Assembly (NCBI GenBank): GCA_046349955.1
Contig: JAXMBI010000009.1
Location: 147,443-211,442 of the forward strand
Direction of reading: 5' to 3'
Source of the DNA: Pirellulales bacterium
GTDB taxonomy: Bacteria > Planctomycetota > Planctomycetia > Pirellulales > JBGAPH01
Length of the DNA: 64,000 bases
How positions within the stretch are numbered: position 1 is the first letter of the stretch; each line of letters opens with the position of its first letter. Below the pieces are notes generated by a model, which worked only from the letters and a program-made list of their open reading frames with translations, ran no database searches and was not told where the DNA came from. A program made the translations under genes and the position numbers. Shown piece after piece: positions 9,170-23,368 of this stretch.

Positions 9170-10414
9170 CTAACGCGGGCCAGGCCCCGCTTTTCGCACC
9201 GCTTCGATCTTCAAATCGTCGAAGCAAACCTCGCCCGTGGCGCCCATGAGGCCGGCGTGGATGATCGCTTCCCGCGCCGCGGCCGGCACTTTGAGCGTCC
9301 CCTTCTCCTCGCGCCAATCGAACGTCCCCCGCCACGGGCCGATCCAGGCGTGCCCCACCTGCGCCCGTCGCTCGTCGTAGAAGATGATGCCTACCGCCGC
9401 GAGATGCTCGGGGATCTGTCCCTGCCGCACGCCGGTGGCCTTGACCCACCCTGAAACATCGAGGGCCGACACCTTGCGGCCGTCGACCCCCATGCCTTGC
9501 AGCGCTTGCGCGCCACGCCCCGCCTGCTCGTTGCTGAACCGCGCGAAGCGTTTGCCCTCGGGCGCTTGCGAATCCTCCACGATTTCGAGCTGCCGCGAAT
9601 AGTGCCAGCCGGCGGGTCCGCCTTCTTTGCGGAGCTCCTCGAAGCCGCCGTTGACGATCTTGGGATTCGTGGGATCGGGCAACACCTGGCGGTTGTCCTC
9701 GGCCGTGCCGGTCATCGGCACGAACAGCGTGGGCCGCAGCGCCTCCGACACCAACTTGCCGTCCTTCTTGGTGTAGAGATACAGCACCTGCTGATAGCGC
9801 TCGCCGACGGGCACGATCATGCGGCCCCCTTCTTTGAGCTGCTCGACGAGCGGCTGCGGCACCTTTTCAGGCGAGCACGTGACGATGATCTTGTCGAAGG
9901 GGGCGTGCTCGGGCCAGCCTTTGTAGCCGTCGCCGATCTTCGGATGCACGTTCTTGTACTTGAGCTTGCGGAGCACTTGCGCCGCCTTGCGCCCCAGCGG
10001 CTGAACGATCTCGATCGTATAGACCTGATCGACCAGCGGGCTCAGCACGGCTGCCTGAAAACCGCTGCCGGTGCCGATCTCCAGCACCTTGTCGGTGGGC
10101 TGGGGATCGATCTGCTCGGTCATGTAGGCGACGATGAACGGCGGCGAGATCGTTTGTCCCTCGCCGATCGGCAGCGCCATGTCGAGATAGGCCATCTCGC
10201 GCTGCCCCGGGGCTACGAATTCGTGGCGCGGGGTGTCGCGCATCGACTGGATCACCCGCGCGTTCTTGACCCCCGCTTTGACGATTTCCTCGTCGACCAT
10301 CTCCTTGCGGGCGTCCTCGAAGTCGAGCTTGGGGCCGACGGCGAAGACTGCGGCCCACGGCGCGGCCAGCAACAGCAGAAAGCCAAGGACGAACGGCGAT
10401 CGGATGGTTCGCAT
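9170..10414 (-). CDS. pcm: Protein-L-isoaspartate O-methyltransferase with signal peptide and ~170-aa C-terminal extension
   Basis: PIMT core motifs are present (TPRHEFV, QTISPPFIVAYMTE, VLEIGTGSGFQAAVLS, IIVTCSPEKVPQPLVEQLKEGGRMIVPVG). The N-terminus is hydrophobic (MRTIRSPFVLGFLLLLAAPWAAVFA). Residues after ~245 are not PIMT-like. I prefer ATG 10414 over the track start at 10468. Confidence 0.85.
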   Translation of the reverse strand: MRTIRSPFVLGFLLLLAAPWAAVFAVGPKLDFEDARKEMVDEEIVKAGVKNARVIQSMRDTPRHEFVAPGQREMAYLDMALPIGEGQTISPPFIVAYMTEQIDPQPTDKVLEIGTGSGFQAAVLSPLVDQVYTIEIVQPLGRKAAQVLRKLKYKNVHPKIGDGYKGWPEHAPFDKIIVTCSPEKVPQPLVEQLKEGGRMIVPVGERYQQVLYLYTKKDGKLVSEALRPTLFVPMTGTAEDNRQVLPDPTNPKIVNGGFEELRKEGGPAGWHYSRQLEIVEDSQAPEGKRFARFSNEQAGRGAQALQGMGVDGRKVSALDVSGWVKATGVRQGQIPEHLAAVGIIFYDERRAQVGHAWIGPWRGTFDWREEKGTLKVPAAAREAIIHAGLMGATGEVCFDDLKIEAVRKAGPGPR

Positions 10415-10586
10415 AGCATGCCTCGTGAACTCCGCCCGGCGTCCGCATGTCCGCCTAGGCCAACCCATTGGACCCGCCTGCTCTCCCTGATTATCGCCGG
10501 AACGGCGGAAGACGCCAGATCGACTGCGGGCGGACCGCGAAAGCCCCGCCGAATCGGCAAGAGATTCTACGCTTCTGGCCGCGCGT

Positions 10587-12047
10587 TTAGGCGAGAACGT
10601 CCCGAATCACCCGGCCATGCACGTCGGTCAGCCGGAAGTCGCGGCCGCCGAAGCGGTACGTGAGCCGCTCGTGGTCGATGCCCAACAGGTGCAGCATCGT
10701 GGCGTGCAGATCGTGCAGAATGACCTTGTTCTCCACGGCGTAGTAGCCGTAGTCGTCGGTCGCGCCGTAGGCCACGCCCCCCTTCACGCCGCCGCCGGCC
10801 AACCACAGGGTGAAGCCGAACGGGTTGTGGTCGCGGCCATCGGAGCCCTGGGCCATGGGGGTGCGGCCGAATTCGCCGGCCCACACCACCAGGGTTTCGT
10901 CGAGCAGCCCGCGCGATTTGAGATCGCGGAGCAACCCGGCGATCGGCCGGTCGGTGGCGCGGGCGTTGTTTTCGTGCCCCTCCTTCAGGTTGCTGTGCTG
11001 ATCCCAGCGATCGGCGCTCGCCACCTGAGGGCACAGCAGCTCGATGAACCGCACTCCCCGCTCCACCAGCCGGCGAGCGATCAGGCATTGCCGGCCGAAG
11101 ACTTCCGTGGCCGGATCATCGAGCCCGTAGAGCTGCTGCGTCGCCTGCGATTCGGCCGCGATCGACAGCACCTCGGGCACCGCCGTTTGCATTTTGCAGG
11201 CGAGTTCGTAGTTGTTGATCGCCGCTTCGACGGCCGGCTCGCCTGCCAGCGGCGAGAGGAGGCCAGAGTCGAGCGTTCGCAGCAGATCGAGCTTGGCCTG
11301 CTGCCGCGCGGGGTTGCCCTCTTGGGGGATCAGGTCGGTCACCGGCGCGGGGCCCATCCGCATTGGCGAGCTCTGGAAGTTCGCCGGCAAGAAGCCGCTG
11401 TTGAAGCAGTCTTGCCCGCCCGGCGGGATCAACCCGGAGTTGAGCACAACGAAACCCGGCAACTCTCGGCATTCGCTCCCCAGCCCGTAAGTCACCCACG
11501 AGCCCATGCTCGGCCGCCCCTGGAACAGGCTGCCCGAGTGGATGAAGTAATTGGCCGTGGTGTGAACGCTCGAGGTGCTGGTCATCGAGCGGATGACGGC
11601 CAGATCGTCGCTGCACTCGGCGACGTGCGGAAACAAATCGCTCACCGGCAGGCCGCACTCGCCGCGGGGGCGGAACTTCCAGGGGGAGCGCAGCACCGTG
11701 CCGACGTTGTCGAACTGGGTCTGCGGCACCTTCATCTTGATCGGCTGGCCATGCTCGCGATCGAGCCGGGGCTTGGGGTCGAAGGTGTCGACCTGCGACG
11801 GTCCGCCGTCCATGAACAGAAAGATCACACTCTTGGCCCGCGCGGCAAAATGGCCGGGGCGGGGGGCGAGTGGATCAGCGGGCGCGCCGGCCCACAATTC
11901 TTGCTGCCCAAGCGCGGCCAGGGCGACCGCGCCAAAGCCGTTGGCGCAGCGCGAGAGCATTTCGCGGCGAGTGAGGCCAGGAGCGGCGAAGCGTCGGCAG
12001 TGCATGCGGCGGGACCCCAAGGGGCAGGCGAGAGTGCCTGACATCAT
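10587..12047 (-). CDS. DUF1501 domain protein (sulfatase-like fold, Tat-type leader), paralogue 1
   Basis: TRREMLSRCANGFGAVALAAL leader, then IFLFMDGGPSQVDTFDPKP, GEFGRTP, GRDHNPFGFTLWLAGGGVKGG and DLHATMLHLLGIDHERLTYRFGGRDFRLTDVHGRVI. Alternative ATG at 12005. Confidence 0.9.
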   Translation of the reverse strand: MMSGTLACPLGSRRMHCRRFAAPGLTRREMLSRCANGFGAVALAALGQQELWAGAPADPLAPRPGHFAARAKSVIFLFMDGGPSQVDTFDPKPRLDREHGQPIKMKVPQTQFDNVGTVLRSPWKFRPRGECGLPVSDLFPHVAECSDDLAVIRSMTSTSSVHTTANYFIHSGSLFQGRPSMGSWVTYGLGSECRELPGFVVLNSGLIPPGGQDCFNSGFLPANFQSSPMRMGPAPVTDLIPQEGNPARQQAKLDLLRTLDSGLLSPLAGEPAVEAAINNYELACKMQTAVPEVLSIAAESQATQQLYGLDDPATEVFGRQCLIARRLVERGVRFIELLCPQVASADRWDQHSNLKEGHENNARATDRPIAGLLRDLKSRGLLDETLVVWAGEFGRTPMAQGSDGRDHNPFGFTLWLAGGGVKGGVAYGATDDYGYYAVENKVILHDLHATMLHLLGIDHERLTYRFGGRDFRLTDVHGRVIRDVLA

Positions 12048-12094
12048 GGTAACCGATGGAGACGCCGCCGTCAGCCAAGACTCGCTACTTCGCG

Positions 12095-12280
12095 TTACTT
12101 CTTCTTCACGGGCTTTCGCGGCACTTTGCCGCCGGCCCGGCGGGCTTCCGACAAGCCGATGGCGATCGCCTGCTTGCGGCTCTTCACCTTCTGTCCCGAG
12201 CCGCTGCGCAGCGTGCCTTCCTTGAGTTCATGAACCGCCCACTTCACCTTGGCTTGCGCCTTTTCGCCGTACTTGGCCAT
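12095..12280 (-). CDS. Small basic protein, DUF6496-like
   Basis: 61 aa: MAKYGEKAQAKVKWAVHELKEGTLRSGSGQKVKSRKQAIAIGLSEARRAGGKVPRKPVKKK. It matches the remembered DUF6496 pattern (..[28 protein letters not shown]). The rest of the 241-aa track ORF upstream looks non-coding. Confidence 0.65.
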   Translation of the reverse strand: MAKYGEKAQAKVKWAVHELKEGTLRSGSGQKVKSRKQAIAIGLSEARRAGGKVPRKPVKKK

Positions 12281-12419
12281 GACAGAGAGCCCTGTGCGTG
12301 AGAGATGCTTGAGTGCCTGCTCCCGTGATCGATCAGCAAACATCGTGCCCGCCTTGCTTGCGCTTTTTGACGATCGGCGCCCGGCGATCGGGCATCGCCT
12401 TTGCTCAAGGGAGATGCTC

Positions 12420-12584
12420 ATGAATAAGTCTCTTGCCCAAACTAGTCCTTCGGTCCGCGCCAGCCGCGTGGCCGCGGTGGTGCAGCGGAACATCGAGAGC
12501 ATCAACCGCAACAAGCGGCAGCTCGAGCGCTCGAAGAGCCGCGAGGCGGATCGCCGCCCAACTGTGTTTGCGCTATCGACGTAG
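12420..12584 (+). CDS. Possible small ORF (54 aa), unknown function
   Basis: ATG 12420 lies 6 nt after AAGGGAG (12407-12413), in a lower-GC patch divergent from the DUF6496 gene. Product: MNKSLAQTSPSVRASRVAAVVQRNIESINRNKRQLERSKSREADRRPTVFALST. No family recognised. Confidence 0.25.
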   Translation: MNKSLAQTSPSVRASRVAAVVQRNIESINRNKRQLERSKSREADRRPTVFALST

Positions 12585-12918
12585 CACAACCATGACGTAC
12601 GGACGTCCGGCGAGTGATATCTGGACACCTTTTCGGACAGGCCGACACTTCGCTCTTCGCAGGCGGGGTTGCCGCCACAAACAAATTCGTAGTCCGCCGG
12701 TAAGTCAAAGCGGGGCCGCCGCGGACTGCCAAGGCGTCCCCCGCCCGCGCGAACCTGAACCACCGCCCCAGCGTCTCTCCTCGAACGCGGGGTCGTTTCG
12801 CCCCCACTGCCTGAGGGCAAATCTTGTCGGCGCTCCCGGCCCTTGGCCGCTTCCGCTGGGCAGCGTACGATCTGCGTCCCGTCTCGAATTCACTGCGGTC
12901 TGATCGGCCAACTTCGCC

Positions 12919-14358
12919 ATGATGCGCTTGCTCTCAACCTGGTGGAACCAGCCGGCCGGCGGACGCGAGGTGTTGCGGGTGACGCTCCCGCTGATGGTCT
13001 CGACCGCTTCCTGGACGGTGATGACCTTCATCGACCGGTTGTTCCTATTCTGGTACTCCGCTGACGCCCTGGCGGCTTCGTTGCCGGGGGCGATGGTGAA
13101 CTTCCTGGTGCTCTGCCCTTTCTTGGGCCTGGCGGCCTACGTCAACGCCTTCGTGGCCCAGTACTTCGGGGCCGGCAAGTACGCGCGGGTGGGTCCGGCG
13201 GTGTGGCAAGGCATGTGGCTGGGGGTGCTCGTCATTCCCGTGGCCCTGCTGACGAACCCCTTCGCCCCCGCCCTGTTCGCCCTGATTGGCCATGAACCGG
13301 CGGTGCAGGCGGCCGAGGTCGAGTACTTCCAGATTCTCAACTTCGGCTCGGGAGCGATGGTGCTGGCGGGGGCGATGTCGTCGTTCTTCACCGGTCGCGG
13401 CCGCGTGCGCACGGTGATGGTCGTCGACGTGACGAGCGCCGCGATCAACGTGGTGCTCGACTACCTGTGGATCTTCGGCTACGGGGGCTTTCCCGAGTGG
13501 GGGATCGCCGGGGCCGCCTGGGCCACGGTGGTGGCGCTGTGGTTCAAGCCGCTCGTTTATGGCGTGCTGATGGCCTTGCCGGAGCCCCGCGAGGTCTACG
13601 CCACGCTTTCCGGCTGGCGGCTCGACCGCGAGCTGATGGGTCGGCTGCTGCGCTACGGCAGCCCCAACAGCGTGCAGATGCTGCTCGAGGTGGGCTCGTT
13701 CTCGTTGTTTCTGATGATCGTGGGCCGGCTCGGCGCCCTCGAGCTGACGGCCTGCAACCTGGCCTTCACGATCAACAACCTGGCGTTCATGCCCGTCTAC
13801 GGCATCGGCATCGCCACCACCACGCTGGTGGGGCAGCGGCTCGGCGAAAACGAGCCTGACTTGGCGGCGCGATCCACGTGGTCGGCGCTGTCGATCGGCG
13901 GCGCGTACAACGCCTTTATGGCGGTGATCTACCTCACCTGCCCGGCCTTGCTGCTCAGGCTGGCCGGCATGAATCTGTCCGGCGTCGAGCATGCGGAACT
14001 CGAGCGGTTGGTCGTCGTGCTGCTGCGGTTCGTGGCCGCCTACTGCCTGTTCGACACCATGTACATCATCTTCTCGAGCGCCCTCAAGGGCGCCGGCGAC
14101 ACCAAGTTCGTGCTGCTGGTGACCTTGGCCCTGGCCGGGCTGCCGGGCTTGGGCACCGCCCTCGGCGTGAACGTGCTCGGCTTCGGCATTTTCTGGGGCT
14201 GGAGCGTGCTCACTCTTTGGGTGCTGCTGCTGGGGGTGATTTACCTGGCGCGGTTCCTGCAAGGGGCCTGGCGGAGCAAGCGGGTGATCGAAGGGGCGTC
14301 GCCTGACGAAGATTTGCCGAGTGTTGAGCGGTTTGCCGTGGAAGCAGCGATCGAGTGA
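12919..14358 (+). CDS. MATE family efflux transporter
   Basis: 479 aa with about 12 TM helices. The N-terminus is typical of MATE/NorM proteins (GGREVLRVTLPLMVSTASWTVMTFIDRLFL) and the internal duplication is visible. Confidence 0.9.
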   Translation: MMRLLSTWWNQPAGGREVLRVTLPLMVSTASWTVMTFIDRLFLFWYSADALAASLPGAMVNFLVLCPFLGLAAYVNAFVAQYFGAGKYARVGPAVWQGMWLGVLVIPVALLTNPFAPALFALIGHEPAVQAAEVEYFQILNFGSGAMVLAGAMSSFFTGRGRVRTVMVVDVTSAAINVVLDYLWIFGYGGFPEWGIAGAAWATVVALWFKPLVYGVLMALPEPREVYATLSGWRLDRELMGRLLRYGSPNSVQMLLEVGSFSLFLMIVGRLGALELTACNLAFTINNLAFMPVYGIGIATTTLVGQRLGENEPDLAARSTWSALSIGGAYNAFMAVIYLTCPALLLRLAGMNLSGVEHAELERLVVVLLRFVAAYCLFDTMYIIFSSALKGAGDTKFVLLVTLALAGLPGLGTALGVNVLGFGIFWGWSVLTLWVLLLGVIYLARFLQGAWRSKRVIEGASPDEDLPSVERFAVEAAIE

Positions 14359-14737
14359 ACCGCCGCCCCCCCCGCGGGAAGGGCAGGCCCCCGCCGGACC
14401 GTCGCCCGCTCCGGGGAACTCTGGGGGCAGCAGGGCGCCTCAACCAAGCGGCCCCAGCCATGATGCGGGCTAATTCTGCAGGGATCGGCCCTGCTGTGGG
14501 GGCGGGCGTTCGCGTCGCAAACGGTTCGCTCGGCGCTGCGCTGCTAGCAGCGAAGCCTCGGCCGAAGTCCTCCTCCGGCGACACTTCGCCACCTAAGTGA
14601 TTCGGCGGCAAACGACTAGAGGCCTTGTCGGCCGAAGCCGCCGCCCACCAGGAGCGGGCAAGAAATGCTTGACGCGGAGGCCCCCCACCGTTAGGCTATC
14701 ATGTCGAACGCAGATCATCCGCCGACATAGCATTAGA

Positions 14738-15793
14738 ATGTCTAATAAAGCGCCGTCGATGCAGCTCAAGTCGCTGAAGGTTTTCTGCGACGTGGTTGGC
14801 CGCCGTAGTTTTTCGCGCGCCGCCGACGAAAACGGCATTACCCAGTCGGGCGCCAGCCAGGTCGTCCACCAGCTCGAGGCCCATTTGGGGGTCAAGCTGA
14901 TCGACCGGTCTAAGCGTCCCTTCGTGCTCACCCCCGAGGGGGAAACTTACTACGAGGGGTGCCGCAAGCTCGTGCAGCGCTACCTAGCCCTCGAAGAGCG
15001 GGTGCGGACCCTGCACGAAGAGGTGGCGGGCAAGGTGCGCGTGGTCTCGATCTACTCGGTCGGGCTGCACCACCTTACGCGCTGCCGCGAACGGTTTCTC
15101 CGCCAACACCCCAAGGCCGACATCCGCGTGGAATACGCCCACCCCCGCCGGGTGATCGAGGCGGTGCTGGAAGAAGACGCCGATCTGGGGCTGCTCAGCT
15201 ATCCCAAGTCGTCGCGGCAGCTCCAGGTGATCCGCTGGCGCGTCGAACCGATGGTGCTGGCCTGCGCCCCCGGCCACCGCTTGGCCCGGGCCGAACGCGT
15301 GGCGCTCGAGCAATTGGCCGGCGTGAACATGGTGAACTTCGACAACGACCTGCCGATCCGCCGCCACATCGACCGCGTGCTCGAACAGCACGGCTGCGAG
15401 GTGAACGTGGCCATGGAGTTCGACAACATCGAGGCCATCAAGCGGGCCATCGAAATCGACGCCGGCGTCGGCCTGCTTCCCAAACCCACGCTCACGCGCG
15501 AGCTCGAGTCAGGCACGCTGGCCGCCGTTCCGCTGGCGACCGACGACCTGGTGCGGCCGCTGGGCATCGTTCATCTGCGGGGCAAGGAACTGAGCAACAC
15601 GGCGCGGCGGTTCATCGATCTGCTGCAGAGCGACAGCCAACAGCCCGAGAGCCTGCCATGGCCGCAGGCCACGAACGGACACGCCGAGCCCGCCGACGCA
15701 AGCCCCGCGGAAACGGCCGAGCGCCCGGCCGACGAGGGGCGCAGCGCCGCCGCGCGGTTCGCATCCGCGCCGCTGGCCGCCGCCAAATCTTAG
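14738..15793 (+). CDS. LysR-family transcriptional regulator
   Basis: HTH region LKSLKVFCDVVGRRSFSRAADENGITQSGASQVVHQLEAHLGVKLIDR followed by a LysR substrate-binding domain. ATG 14738 (MSNKAPSMQLKSL) replaces the longer track start. It lies directly upstream of gltBD on the same strand. Confidence 0.9.
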   Translation: MSNKAPSMQLKSLKVFCDVVGRRSFSRAADENGITQSGASQVVHQLEAHLGVKLIDRSKRPFVLTPEGETYYEGCRKLVQRYLALEERVRTLHEEVAGKVRVVSIYSVGLHHLTRCRERFLRQHPKADIRVEYAHPRRVIEAVLEEDADLGLLSYPKSSRQLQVIRWRVEPMVLACAPGHRLARAERVALEQLAGVNMVNFDNDLPIRRHIDRVLEQHGCEVNVAMEFDNIEAIKRAIEIDAGVGLLPKPTLTRELESGTLAAVPLATDDLVRPLGIVHLRGKELSNTARRFIDLLQSDSQQPESLPWPQATNGHAEPADASPAETAERPADEGRSAAARFASAPLAAAKS

Positions 15794-15874
15794 GAATCCA
15801 ATCGGGCGGCGGCTGCCGCCAGCCATCGTGTAGGGACACACGCCAGGAAATCCCACGCTAGTCAGGGTGAGATC

Positions 15875-20441
<4,567 letters not shown>

Positions 20442-20449
<8 letters not shown>

Positions 20450-21938
20450 TGTTCGCGGATTCATGAAGTTTCCCCGCAAGAAGTACGGGGAGGCGCCGGT
20501 CGCCGAGCGCTTGAAGCACTACCACGAGTTCACGCTGCCGCTGCCGGTGGCCGAGCTGCGCACGCAGGGCGCCCGCTGCATGGACTGCGGCGTTCCCTTC
20601 TGCCACACCGGCTGTCCGCTCGGGAACATCATTCCCGACTGGAACGACCTGGTGTTTCGCGATCGTTGGCAAGAAGCCCTCGACCGCCTGCACGCCACGA
20701 ACAACTTCCCCGAGTTCACGGGGCGCGTGTGCCCTGCGCCGTGCGAAACGGCCTGCGTACTGGGCATCAACGAAGACCCGGTGGCGATCAAGCAGATCGA
20801 AATGTCGATCGCCGACCGCGGCTTCGAAGAAGGCTGGATCAAGCCCGAGCCGCCAACCGTCGAAACCGGTAAGAGCGTCGCCGTGGTGGGCAGCGGCCCG
20901 GCAGGCATGGCCGCTGCGCAGCAATTGCGCCGCGCCGGCCACCGCGTCACCGTGTTCGAGCGGGCCGATCGTCCGGGCGGCCTGCTCATGTACGGCATCC
21001 CCGACTTCAAGCTCGAGAAGTCGCGCGTGGCGCGGCGTGTCGAGCAGATGAAGGCCGAAGGGATCGAGTTTCGCTGCAACGTAAACGTCGGCGTCGACGT
21101 GACGGCCAGCCAGCTTCGCTCCGAGTACGACGCGTTGCTGCTCACCGGCGGCGCCACCCACGGCCGTGACCTGCCAATTCCCGGCCGCAGCCTGCGCGGC
21201 GTGCATTTCGCCATGGAGTTTTTGCCGCAGCAAAACAAGCGCAACCAAGGCGACACGGTGCCAGAGGATATCGCGATCTTGGCCACCGACAAGCACGTGA
21301 TCGTCATCGGCGGCGGCGACACCGGCAGCGACTGCACCGGCACGTCGAACCGGCAGGGCGCCAAGAGCGTCACGCAGTTCGAACTGCTCAATAAGCCGCC
21401 GGAGTTGGGCTCGTACCCGCGCGCCAACGAGCGTCCGGTCGATTCTCCCTGGCCCTACTGGCCGATGATGCTCCGCACGAGCAGCTCGCACGAGGAAGGC
21501 TGCGATCGCCACTGGTCGATCCTTACCAAGGAGTTCCGCGGCGACTCGGGCGGCAACCTCGAGAGCCTGGTGACCGTCGAGGTGGAATGGGTCAAAGACC
21601 CCGCCACCGGCCGGCAGAACATGAAGGAGCGGCCCGGATCGGAGAAGGTCTGGCCGGCGCAGCTCGTGCTCTTGGCGATGGGCTTCGTCGGGCCGGAACG
21701 CAAGGGAGCGATCGAAGAGCTGGGCCTCGCCCTCGACCCGCGCGGCAACGTGCAGTGCGACGAAAGCTACCAAACGAGCGTGCCAGGCGTCTTCGCGGCG
21801 GGCGACATGCGCCGCGGCCAGTCGCTCGTGGTCTGGGCGATCCACGAAGGCCGCGAGGCCGCCCGCTCGGTCGACAAGCACCTGATGGGGGTGACGCACT
21901 TGCCGAGTGTGAACGAAGGGGATTTCGCCTGGCGGTGA
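20442..21938 (+). CDS. gltD: Glutamate synthase small subunit (NADPH)
   Basis: 498 aa with Fe-S Cys clusters ([19 protein letters not shown]) and dinucleotide folds ([30 protein letters not shown]). It overlaps gltB by 8 nt. Confidence 0.95.
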
Positions 21939-21996
21939 TAACTGCTCGCAGCTCTGCGGGTCAACGAGCGCTCCCTACAAGACTGAGGTAGACGCA

Positions 21997-22626
21997 ATGG
22001 GGGCATTTCTGAGCATGACGGGAATTGCGATCGGGGACTCCCAGTCGCGCAACGAGATAGCCAAGCTCCTTCAGGAGTTCGCAGAGGGCCGGAAGGGCCG
22101 GATGTTTCCCGATGGAGAGCGAAACAACGCATCTACGCTCGTGATTTCGGGAGGCGACGGATTGCCCGTAACGGTTCTCTATCCTTGGCTCTTCCTGGCT
22201 TGGGAGGACGCGACGCGGTTCCTTTCCGCGTCGCTGGGCGTGCCGGCGGTTTTCCTGCACATCCATGACGAGGATTTGTGGATGTACATGCTGTATTCCG
22301 GCGGCGAATTGATCGACCAGTTCAACCCACTCCCTGACTATTGGCGCGAGATCCCCGCGGAGGAGCGCGCCGCCTGGAAAGGTGACGCGCAGACTTTCGC
22401 AAAGCATTGGCCCGGCGTTACACAATCCTCGATCGAACGGTATCTCGTGCCTTGGGGTTTCGATCGTCCCAGAGGGGTGAAGGCGTACCCTGACGACCAC
22501 TTTGAAGTTGGGGACTGCTGGCAACTCAGGGACTTCATACGCAGGTTGGGCGTCTCCTATCCTCTTGACGAGCAGGGCAATCTCCTGGGCGACCGCTATT
22601 TCTTCGAGGTCCCAGCCAAAGCGTGA
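21997..22626 (+). CDS. Hypothetical protein (orphan by eye)
   Basis: 209 aa. GAGGT lies 8 nt upstream of the ATG. GC is visibly lower than in the flanking genes. No motif recognised. The antisense 187-aa ORF (21961-22524) is shorter and lacks a start context. Confidence 0.55.
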   Translation: MGAFLSMTGIAIGDSQSRNEIAKLLQEFAEGRKGRMFPDGERNNASTLVISGGDGLPVTVLYPWLFLAWEDATRFLSASLGVPAVFLHIHDEDLWMYMLYSGGELIDQFNPLPDYWREIPAEERAAWKGDAQTFAKHWPGVTQSSIERYLVPWGFDRPRGVKAYPDDHFEVGDCWQLRDFIRRLGVSYPLDEQGNLLGDRYFFEVPAKA

Positions 22627-22641
22627 GTTGCCATTCGATCA

Positions 22642-23223
22642 TCAAGGCCGCTCGCCCGCACCCAGGTGGTGCTCCAGCACCCGCTCCACTAACCGCCGCG
22701 CGATCCCCATCGTTTCGTCGCTCTGCGTGACTTGCCGCGTCACGTAGGTTCCCTCGAGCACCAGGCAGAGCTCCTTGGCCATGCCCACGGGGTCGCGGGC
22801 GCCGGCCGCGGCGCAGAGTTCCGCCACCAGGGCTTCGATCTCCTGTTTGTTCCGCGCCGCTGCCAAGTGGGCCGGATCGTGAGGTAGCGGAAACTCCATC
22901 GCCACATTGACGAAGATGCACCCCTGGAACTGACCCGACCCGATGATGTCTTCCACCACGTCGAAGAGCGCCCGCAGTTGCCCGTCGGGCGAGGGGCCGG
23001 CCTTGGCGGCCATGGCGGAGCGGAACCGCTCCTGCAGCCACTGGTTCTGCGTTTCGAGCGCCGCCAGCATCAGGTCTTCTTTGCTCTCAAAGTGCTTGTA
23101 GAAGGCCGTCTTGCTGATGCCGACGTCGCCGAGCACCTGGTCGAGCCCCACGTTGCGAAACCCGTCGGCATAGAACCGCTTCAAGGCGGCGTCGATCAAG
23201 CGCTCTCGGCTGGAAACAGGCAT
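22642..23223 (-). CDS. TetR/AcrR-family transcriptional regulator
   Basis: N-terminal HTH RERLIDAALKRFYADGFRNVGLDQVLGDVGISKTAFYKHFESKEDL. It is divergent from the methyltransferase gene at 23369. Confidence 0.9.
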   Translation of the reverse strand: MPVSSRERLIDAALKRFYADGFRNVGLDQVLGDVGISKTAFYKHFESKEDLMLAALETQNQWLQERFRSAMAAKAGPSPDGQLRALFDVVEDIIGSGQFQGCIFVNVAMEFPLPHDPAHLAAARNKQEIEALVAELCAAAGARDPVGMAKELCLVLEGTYVTRQVTQSDETMGIARRLVERVLEHHLGAGERP

Positions 23224-23368
23224 GGCAAGCCTTTCGCGGCGGACGGATTTTGGCGGCGGTTGACTTCAAGTCAACCCGCAGGTGTACCCGTAGTCAACTA
23301 TTCGCGGGCGGCGCCGCACACGATAGTTCTCCGAGAACGAATCCACCCACCCCTTCTCGGAGCCCTCG

